Part shown: positions 30,901 to 38,300 of the stretch, piece by piece | Layout: each line of letters begins with the position of its first letter | Position numbering within the stretch: position 1 is the stretch's first letter | Origin: an uncultured Acidobacteriota bacterium | Lineage (GTDB): Bacteria > Acidobacteriota > Thermoanaerobaculia > Multivoradales > UBA5704 | DNA: 64,000 bases | Assembly (NCBI GenBank): GCA_963770895.1 | Contig: CAVYRF010000001.1 | Location: 800,001-864,000, forward strand | Direction: 5' to 3' | Notes under the pieces: generated by a model | The model's database searches: none | The model's input: the letters and a program-made list of their open reading frames with translations, nothing else | What the model was told of the DNA's origin: nothing | Translations under genes and position numbers: made by a program

Positions 30901-30997
30901 CTCCCAGCTTGGCATCCAGGCGATAGTGCCCGAGCCGCCGCGGCGCCGGCGGCGACGTCGGCGGCGGTGGTGGCGGGGGGAATGCCGATGCGGCCAT
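27896..30997 (-). CDS. Membrane Hanks-type Ser/Thr kinase with C-terminal TPR region
   Basis: LGEGGMGEVY, VAIK, HRDLKTEN, DFG, MSPEQ, SDLFSFG; one TM; TPR-like helices. Confidence 0.93.
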   Translation of the reverse strand: MAASAFPPPPPPPTSPPAPRRLGHYRLDAKLGEGGMGEVYRAWDERLERPVAIKVIRRSAAAGDDARRRFRREARAAAALDHPAVVKVHQVLATEQGDAIVMELVAGSTLAAALRREGGFAVERAVRLGLEIAGGLAAAHALGIVHRDLKTENVMVTPAGHAKVLDFGLARRRAEESEEHGESLISQDGAVVGTYRAMSPEQARGVAIDHRSDLFSFGTLLYEMVAGRSPFLGASAFATLTNVCTLRQPPARALNAAIPAALSDLIDRLLEKEPAHRPQSAQDVVAALAALAAAGGPAAAASRAPAGAAAPPQASTVIDGLPASRQPGAATSPPTLPAAASGASVAAAASGAPVAAAASGASVAAAASGASVAAAASGASVAAAASGAPVAAAASGAALAAASAPSAAAAPSASAAEPPTVASGPPSSAGIGSTLATAFAVAGRRRVAVAAGLSLALILSSLAGLALWRSRDASAVAPPLAVAVLAPQVAVAGADPSARGGSAAPAGTAAVAGPSAATSAAPPAASLSADLLASIIRSALLRGLLSRRGISAIAPEQVDPVPGPPVAVARATGADELLTAAIRCGAGAFQCRVALARLRGADGRLLWEYAFDVPAGDPYAIEHAVESQIHLGYPRHPAREGFAHLEVASAAAYREYLDVQRDFTRRGGTDRTSALLARLAALRRGSPRFLEAALLEAEILRYRFRDHRDAADLARAFDLLAAARGLVPGDPAPLITDFSLSLEAGRLERAAADLQELERLQPGDPVVLAQRARLAERRGATAAALALQREACRRRPSWGHYLALADMEYRLGEAAAARRDLYMLLARAPGIYPAQSLLAQIELLSGSPARAADLYVELLRRSPQETEVINLGTAYMLLRRYPEAAARFREALASEPDNPFVTLNLADVLLLQGDAAAAHEQYRRLLRLTAEDPAAGQWQVVSARAQALAHLGQRLPAVAAAQQVLALAPGNAQAESEVAVVFAVLGDHASAVWNAQQALRQGVDPRWFSFPWFDALRSAPELRDRLTAGPPPL
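29811..29989. repeat. 27-bp in-frame tandem repeat (6 full copies plus a partial; AAAASGA[S/P]V)
   Basis: CCGGATGCCGCGGCGGCGACCG[GC/AT]GCC units in the kinase linker. Confidence 0.9.
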
Positions 30998-31039
30998 GGG
31001 AACGCGAGCGGTCGCTGGTGTCCCAAGCCGGGCCGGCCG

Positions 31040-32827
31040 CTAGCTGATGAGCCGGCTCATGCGCCGCTTGAGGCCGGGTTTGGAAACCTCCAGCGCTTCG
31101 GCCATGCGGTCGAGGTCGCCGCCGCAGCGCGCGGCGCAGCTTTCGATCTCGGCGCGCGTCAGGTCGGCGGCCTTGCGAAAGCGTGTGCTGCCGTCGATGC
31201 GGTCGTAGAGCGAACCGCGCGGCACGCCCAGGTGGCGAGCGGCCAGCTGCAGCCGCCAGCGATGGGCGCGCAGCGCCTCCAGGATCTCGTCGTCGGCGAT
31301 CTGATCGAGGCGGCGGCGGGGTGGGAGTCTGGGGTCTGCCGCTCGGGCGGCGGCGGCGGTCCCGTCGCCGCCGGCCGCGGCCGGCGCGTCGGCCGGCGCG
31401 GTCGGGTCGTGCGCCCCGGCTCCGGCAGCTCCGGTGGCTCCGGCGGCGTTGGTGGCTCCGGTGGCGTTGATGCCGTTGGTGGCTCCGGTGGCGTTGGTGG
31501 CGTTGGTGGCGGCGTTGGCGTCGGTGGCGTTGATGGCGCCGGTGGCTCCGGTGGCGCCGGGCGGTGGCGCGGTGAGCAAAAGCGCCGATGCGGGGTCGAG
31601 CGACGCCTCCGCGGCGTCGTGGCAGCGGACGGCGAGCTGGCGCGCCAGGTTGCGCAGCTGGCGGACGTTGCCCGGCCAGTCGCCGGCCGCCAGGCGGGCC
31701 ACGAGCGGTGCCGGCAGCCAGGGGCGGCCCTCGCCGGCGGGCGCCGCCAGGCGGTCGGGCGCACCGATCGCCGCCAGCTCGGCGGCCAGGAAGTGGTAGA
31801 GCAGGCGGCCGAAGTCTTCGCGCCGCTCGCGCAGCGGCGGCAGGCGGATCTCGTAGCCGCCAAGGCGGTGGAACAGCGGCGCCTTGAAGCGGCCGTCCCG
31901 CACCGCTTCGTCCAGCCGCGCGTCGGTCGCCGCGATCACCTGCGCGTCCACGGCCTGCGTCTCGCCGCTCCCCACCGGCTGCACCTCGCGGGTTTCGAGC
32001 ACCCGCAGCAGCATCACCTGAACTTCGGCTGGCGTTTCGCCGATCTCGTCCAGGAACAGCGTGCCGCCGTGCGCGCGGCTGAAGTAGCCCTGGCGCTGCC
32101 GGTCGGCGCCGGTAAACGCGCCGCGCGCGGCGCCGAACAGCTCCGCGCCCGCCAGCGCCGCGGGGATCGCCCCCATGTTGACGGCCAGGAAGGGGCGGTT
32201 GCGGCGCGGTCCCGCGGCGTGCAGGGCGCGCGCCACCACCTCCTTGCCGGTACCGGTTTCGCCGCTCAGCAGCACCGACAGATCCAGCGGCGCGACGCGC
32301 AGGATTTCGCGCCGCAGCCGCACGATGCCGGGGCTCGCGCCCACCAGGCCGCAGTCGGCGAGCGGCTCGGCCAGCACTTCGACCGGGGAAAGCAGCAGGA
32401 CCACGCGGCCCGCCAGCAGCAGCACCACGCCGCGCGCGATGTCTGACGCCGGGATCTCGCGTTCGCCGGCGACCGCCTCGCCGCCGGCGACCACGGCGGT
32501 GCGGCTGGCCTGGCAGCGCAGCACGACGGCTCCGGGCGTCCCCCCGGGCGCCAATTCGATCGGCTGGCGGCTCAGATGAATGTCGTCCAGCGGCCGGCGC
32601 AGCCCCTGCCCCGGCTGAGCAAACAGCAGCTCGCCGCGCGCCACGCGCTCGACCTGCCCGGCGGCTAGGCCAAGAAGCGCCGCGCGCTCGCCCACGCGGC
32701 GCGCGTCGGGGTGCGCCAGGATCGTCAGCCCCGGCACCAGCGCCGCCGCCGCCGGTAAACCGGCGCCGCTCTGGGACCGCGTCTCCAGGCCCAACCTGTC
32801 GACCGTCTCCTCGCTGCTATGAGGCAC
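31040..32827 (-). CDS. Sigma54-dependent enhancer-binding protein with FHA-like N-terminus
   Basis: GETGTGKE, GAFTGA, LFLDEIG, WPGNVRQL, C-terminal HTH; N-terminal DIHLSR motif and no REC domain; ATN/ATG tripeptide repeat insert at about 31430-31560. Confidence 0.9.
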   Translation of the reverse strand: MPHSSEETVDRLGLETRSQSGAGLPAAAALVPGLTILAHPDARRVGERAALLGLAAGQVERVARGELLFAQPGQGLRRPLDDIHLSRQPIELAPGGTPGAVVLRCQASRTAVVAGGEAVAGEREIPASDIARGVVLLLAGRVVLLLSPVEVLAEPLADCGLVGASPGIVRLRREILRVAPLDLSVLLSGETGTGKEVVARALHAAGPRRNRPFLAVNMGAIPAALAGAELFGAARGAFTGADRQRQGYFSRAHGGTLFLDEIGETPAEVQVMLLRVLETREVQPVGSGETQAVDAQVIAATDARLDEAVRDGRFKAPLFHRLGGYEIRLPPLRERREDFGRLLYHFLAAELAAIGAPDRLAAPAGEGRPWLPAPLVARLAAGDWPGNVRQLRNLARQLAVRCHDAAEASLDPASALLLTAPPPGATGATGAINATDANAATNATNATGATNGINATGATNAAGATGAAGAGAHDPTAPADAPAAAGGDGTAAAARAADPRLPPRRRLDQIADDEILEALRAHRWRLQLAARHLGVPRGSLYDRIDGSTRFRKAADLTRAEIESCAARCGGDLDRMAEALEVSKPGLKRRMSRLIS

Positions 32828-32892
32828 ATAAGAAATCTACAGGGCGCTCGGCACGCATGCAAGGCGCACCGCTCGCGCCGCTTGCGTCTCCA

Positions 32893-35112
32893 CTAGTCGA
32901 AGGGGAGAGGTGCTGGTGTCCAGGCAGGGGGTGCCCGGCGCAGGGCTGCGCGAAGGCTGGCCTGGCGCTCGGGCGCTCCGGGGTCCTGTGGCCGCAGGCG
33001 GGCGAGCGCGGCATCCGCCGTGCCGGCCAGCTCCCAGCGTCGCGCCTGGAGGGCCAGGGCGAACTCGTCGGCGAGCGGGCGCGGATCGGCCGGTGCCGTT
33101 GCCCGCGCGGCGGCGAGCGCGGCCAGGGCCTGGGCCAGCGCGGCGGCATCGCGGCCCGCCCCCCATCGCCGGCGCAGCAGCTCGGCCAGCAGCAGCGCGC
33201 CGGGGACGAAACGCGGCGAGCCGGCGCACACGGCGCGCGCCGCGGCAAGGTCGGCATCTGTCGGAGCGCCGTCCGGCGCCAGGGCCAAGCGCAGTCCGAG
33301 ATAGCGTTGGAAATCGCCCGGCGCCACGGCGAGCGTCGCGGCGCCGGCACGGTCGGGCAGCGAATGGTTCGCCCACGCGCGCCGCAGGTAGCGCTCCGCC
33401 GCCGCCGCCAGGACGTAGGCATCGCCCGCCGGGGTTTCCCACCTCTGCGTCCAGAGGACGCTGCCGTCGCGTCCCGAGATGCGGCTCACCCAGACCTCGC
33501 ACGTGTCGGGCTGGCAGCGGAGGTGCGAGGTCACCACCTCGCCGGCCCCCGCGGCACGTGCTACCGCAACCGGCGAGCGGTCGGCGGCGCGGTCCACCGC
33601 CGCTTGCGGTGCCACCATGATGCCGTCGAGCGCCGCGATGGCATCGGCGAGCGCCACCCGCAGGGCCGCCGCCAGCGGCGCCGATCCGCCCGTGCCGCTG
33701 CCGGGAGTGACGACCGGCGGCGCCACCGCCACGGTGAGCGTGGGCCCGGCGCGCGGCCACCACCACCAAACCAGGATGCCGCCTGCGACCAAAAAGGCCG
33801 TGGCGAGCGCGGCGGCCAAGCCCCGGCGGCCACGCAAAACGCGCAGGGCTCGCGTCGTCAGACGCGACGCGACGCCTGAGGACAACGGTATCGGCGGCGT
33901 TGGCGCAACCGTGACGGGCACCGCCACGCCCGATGGCGCAACGGTGACCGGCACCGCCAGGGCTGTTGTAGGTACAGCGGAGGCTGGCACCGGCAGGGCC
34001 GGCGGTGCAACGGCGGCTGGCATCGCCAGGGCCATTTGAGCATCTGTGGCCGGCATAGCCAGGGTTGGCGGCGCATCAACGTCCGGCATCGCTATGGCCG
34101 GAGGCGCAGCGGCGGCTGGCACCGCTATGGCCGGAGGCGCAGCGGCGGCTGGCATCGCCAGGGCCATTTGAGCATCTGTGGCCGGCATAGCCAGGGTTGG
34201 CGGCGCATCAACGTCCGGCATCGCTATGGCCGGAGGCGCAGCGGCGGCTGGCACCGCTATGGCCGGAGGCGCAGCGGCGGCTGGCATCGCCAGGGCCGGA
34301 GGCGCAGCGGCGGCTGGCACCGCCAGGACCGGCGGCGCACTGCCGGCCGGCACCGCCGCGGCCGGCGGCGACGGCATGGCGGTTGCGCCGCTCAGCACCG
34401 TCGCGGCTTCGGCGGCGCTGGGTGGGTGTGGCGCGGTCGCGGCCGCGAGCAGCCCAGCGATCAGGTCCGAGATCGCAGGCTCAGGTTTGCTGCCTGGGCT
34501 GCCGGCGGCGCCGTCGAGCAGATCGCGCAGCAGGACGCCGAGCGCCGCCAGGTCTGCGCGCTCGGCGTCCGCCATCTCGCCGGGCGCGCCGGGCACGGCC
34601 GCCGGGAAGAGGCGGCGCGCGAAGCCAAAGTCCAGGATCTTGACTTGCCCGGCGGGTGCGACTTTCACCTTGTCGGCGCGCAGATTGCCGTGCGCCATGC
34701 CCCCGGCGTGCGCCGCCGCCAGGCCGGAAGCCAGCTGGGCCGCGAGCCGCAGGGCCGCCCCCAGGTCGCCGCCCGCGCCGTCCACACGCGCACCGTGAAC
34801 GGGCGATCCGGTGCGCCATGCCGGCAGGCTCTCACCCGCGGCGAGCTCCATCACCAGGACGTCGGTGCCGCCGTCCTCGAGCAAGGCGTGGATGGATACG
34901 ATCGCCGGGTGGTCCAGCGCCGCCGCCGCGCGCGCCGCCTCCCGGAACCGCTCGCGCAATGCAGCATCGCGCGCCAGGGCGGGGTGCAGGCGCTGCAGCG
35001 CGACGGGCCGCCGCAGCACTTCGTCCCAGGCGCGAAAGACCTCGCCGGTGCGTCCGCCGCCCAGCCGTTCCTCGATACGGTACGGCCCGATGCGCGGCGG
35101 TAGGGCAGCCAT
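32893..35112 (-). CDS. Membrane Ser/Thr pseudokinase, paralogous to the 27896-30997 kinase
   Basis: VALQR in place of VAIK, HGNLRADK in place of HRDLKxxN, DFG retained, no APE; TM and TPR-like C-terminus align with the active kinase. Confidence 0.8.
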   Translation of the reverse strand: MAALPPRIGPYRIEERLGGGRTGEVFRAWDEVLRRPVALQRLHPALARDAALRERFREAARAAAALDHPAIVSIHALLEDGGTDVLVMELAAGESLPAWRTGSPVHGARVDGAGGDLGAALRLAAQLASGLAAAHAGGMAHGNLRADKVKVAPAGQVKILDFGFARRLFPAAVPGAPGEMADAERADLAALGVLLRDLLDGAAGSPGSKPEPAISDLIAGLLAAATAPHPPSAAEAATVLSGATAMPSPPAAAVPAGSAPPVLAVPAAAAPPALAMPAAAAPPAIAVPAAAAPPAIAMPDVDAPPTLAMPATDAQMALAMPAAAAPPAIAVPAAAAPPAIAMPDVDAPPTLAMPATDAQMALAMPAAVAPPALPVPASAVPTTALAVPVTVAPSGVAVPVTVAPTPPIPLSSGVASRLTTRALRVLRGRRGLAAALATAFLVAGGILVWWWWPRAGPTLTVAVAPPVVTPGSGTGGSAPLAAALRVALADAIAALDGIMVAPQAAVDRAADRSPVAVARAAGAGEVVTSHLRCQPDTCEVWVSRISGRDGSVLWTQRWETPAGDAYVLAAAAERYLRRAWANHSLPDRAGAATLAVAPGDFQRYLGLRLALAPDGAPTDADLAAARAVCAGSPRFVPGALLLAELLRRRWGAGRDAAALAQALAALAAARATAPADPRPLADEFALALQARRWELAGTADAALARLRPQDPGAPERQASLRAALRRAPPAWTPAPLPFD
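33900..34330. repeat. 33-bp unit repeats with a higher-order 132-bp duplication (34011-34274)
   Basis: Encodes AMPAAAAPPAI/AMPDVDAPPTL/AMPATDAQMAL blocks twice. Confidence 0.85.
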
Positions 35113-35305
35113 GTCGGATCGCGCCGCCGCATGCCGGCCGGCGCCCGATCACCGATCACGATACCACCGCCGAACGTCGCCGAAGGACTGGCAAGCGCCC
35201 TCGCGCGCGGAGCGCCGCCGCCTAGGATCATGCATTCATTGCAATTACGCTGTTGACAGCAGTGAGACACTACCGATGGTCGTTATTCCATCAAAAGGAG
35301 CGCCC

Positions 35306-38300
35306 TTGCGATCATCCTGGTCGAAATCCGTTCGTGTGTTCCTCGGCGGCGAGAGCAATCCTTCGCGGCGCTCGCACCGGGCGTCGCGGCGAGTGCGGGT
35401 CGGTGTCTCTGCGTTCTGCGTGATCGGCGCGTGGGCGGTCGCCGGGCCGGCATCGGCGCAGATCCAGCGCGTCATCGTCAACCCCAGCTTCGAAGATCGC
35501 CTGCTGCCGCCGGCGCCCGTTTCGCTGATGCCGCTGCCGCACAACAACTTTGTCGAGGTCGACGAATCCTGGGTTCCGGGCTGGCTCACGACGGCGCCAG
35601 TGGTCAACGGCGGCTGTCCGGCGCCGATGGCGAACTGCCGGCCGATCGAGATGTGGTCGACGCCGTTTCTGGGCATCACCGCTCCCGACGGCATCGTCAC
35701 CGCGGAACTGAACGCCTACAACTTCGGCATGTTGTACCAGACCGTCTGCATGACGTCGGGAGAGACGCTGGTGTGGAGCTTCGACCACCACGGCCGGGCG
35801 GGCACCGACACGGCGGCGTTTCGCCTGGGCATTCCCACCGGGTTGCCGGCCGGCTCGAAGCCGCCGGATACCTATAGCTTTCCCATCGCCCAGGCGGCGA
35901 CGCCCAACAACGGCACGGTGGGGACGGTGACCAATCTGGACCCGACCCACGGCACGGTCAACGCGCCGGTCGTGGTGACCAACGGCTGGACCAAATATTC
36001 AGGCACCTACACCTTTCCGGGAGCGAGCGGCCTGGCCAATCTCGGCTTCGTGGCCATCGCCGCCGCCGGCGGCAACATCGCGGTCGGCAACGAGCTGGAC
36101 GCGATCGTGATCCAGCTTTCGCCCTACGTGGAATTCAGCGCCTCCAACTTCGCCATCGACAACAACGCCACCAACGTCGCCCCGACGGTGACCATCGCCG
36201 GCAGCGTCCCCGCCGGCGGCGTCGCGATCACCGTCGACGTCACCGGCGGCACCGCCGTGCTGGGCACGGATTACGTGCTCGGCGTCGGCGGCGATCCCCG
36301 CCTGAGCGCGATTTCGAGCACCGCCAACTCGGTGACGTTCACGATTCCCGCCGGCTTCTACAGCAGCGCGGAGGGCGGCAACGTCTTTACCATCCCGCTT
36401 GAAGCCATCGCTTCGCAGGCTCAACTTTCGACGCTCACCTTCGCCGTCGTGCCCGGCGGCGCCCAATACACGGTGGCGAGCACCGTGACCTGCGGCGCGC
36501 CCGCCCTGGGCACGACGGCGCTGACCATCACCGAAACGCCGCAGATCGGCCTGGTCAAGAGCGCCAGCTCCACCGGCTTCGTGGTCGGAGTGCCGGCCAG
36601 CTACACCCTGACGGTGACCAACACCGGCACGGTGACGACGACGCCTGCCGCGGCGACGGTCACCGACACCGTGCCAGCCCTGCTGACCCTCGGCCCCATG
36701 CCGGCGGGCTGCACGTCGGCCGGCCAGACGGTGACGTGCACCGTCCCGGCCGGATTGGCCGCGGGCCAGCTGGTGAGCTTCGTCATCCCGGTGACGCCGC
36801 AGGCGGGCGCCAACGGCACGACGCTGACCAATACCGCGGTGGTCGCCGGCGGCGGCGATCCCAACTGTCCAGCGGGCGCGGAGTGCACCGGCGCCGTATC
36901 GACCCCGGTCGCCGCGCCGCAGCTCACCCTGGTCAAGAGTGCCGGCGCCCCCAGCTTCGTGGTCGGGGTGCCGGCAAGTTACACCCTCCAGGTGACCAAC
37001 ACCGGCACCGCGACCACCACCGCGGCGGCGACGGTGACCGACGTGGTTCCCACCGTGCTCACGCCCGGCACGATGCCGGCGGGCTGCGCCGCCGCCGGCC
37101 AGACGGTCACCTGCACGGTGCCGGCAGGGCTGGCCGCCGGCCAGCTGGTCAGCTTCGTGATCCCGGTGACGCCGCTCGGCGCGGCGGGCGGGACCAATGT
37201 CACCAACAGCGCCACCGTCAACGGCGGCGGCGATCCCTCCTGCCCCGCGGCGGCGCACTGCGCCGGCACGGTGCAGACCGCCGTCGCCGAGCCGCAGCTG
37301 ACGCTGCAGAAGAGCACCGGCGCGCCGGCATTCGTGCTCGGCGTCCCGGCCAGCTATACCCTCGCGATCAGCAATACCGGCACCGCCGCGACGACCGCGC
37401 CGGCGACCATCACCGACAACGTTCCCGCCCAGCTGGCGCTGGGCACGCTCCCCGCAGGCTGCCAGGCCGTCAGCCAGACGGTCACCTGCACCGTGCCGGC
37501 CGGCCTGGCGCCGGGGCAGTTGGTGAGCTTCGTCCTGCCGGTCACGCCGCTGGCGGCCGGGGCCGGCACCACCGCCACCAATACCGCGACCGCCGCCGGC
37601 GGCGGCGACCCGTCCTGCCCGGCCGCGACGCGCTGCGCCGCGACCGTGACGACGCCGATCGAAGCGCCGCAGCTGACCCTGCTCAAGAGCCCGAGCGACG
37701 GCAGCTTCGTGGTCGGCGTGGCGGCCAGCTACACCCTGGTGGTGACCAATACCGGCACCTCGCCGACGACCGCCGCGGCGACGATCACCGACAACGTTCC
37801 CGCCCTGCTGACCGTGGGCGCTCCTCCCGCGGGCTGCGTTGCCAGCGGCCAGACCGTCACCTGCACCGTGGCCGCCGGCCTGGCGGCGGGACGGGCGGTG
37901 AGCTTCGTCATCCCGGTCACGCCGCAGCCGGCCGCCGCCGGCACCACCGCCGCCAACACCGCGACGGCCTCGGGCGGCGGCGACCCGTCCTGTCCGGCGG
38001 CGGACCACTGCACCTCGACCGTCGACACGCCGGTCGACGCGCCGCAGCTGACCGTGGTCAAGAGCCCCAGCTCGTCGAGCTTCGTCGTCGACGTGCCGGC
38101 CAGCTACACCCTGACGGTCACCAACACCGGCACCGCGGCGACGACGGCGGCGGCGACGATCGTCGACAACGTCCCCGCGCTCCTGACGGTGGGGGCCGCT
38201 CCCGCGGGCTGCACCGCCAGCGGTCAGACCGTCACCTGCACCGTGCCAGCCGGCCTGGCGACGGGGCAGGTGGTGAGCTTCGTGATCCCGGTGACGCCGC

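Noticed and set aside
34811-35305. N-terminal extension of the adhesin ORF
   Set aside because: Overlaps the divergent pseudokinase; the RBS and signal peptide support a start at 35306
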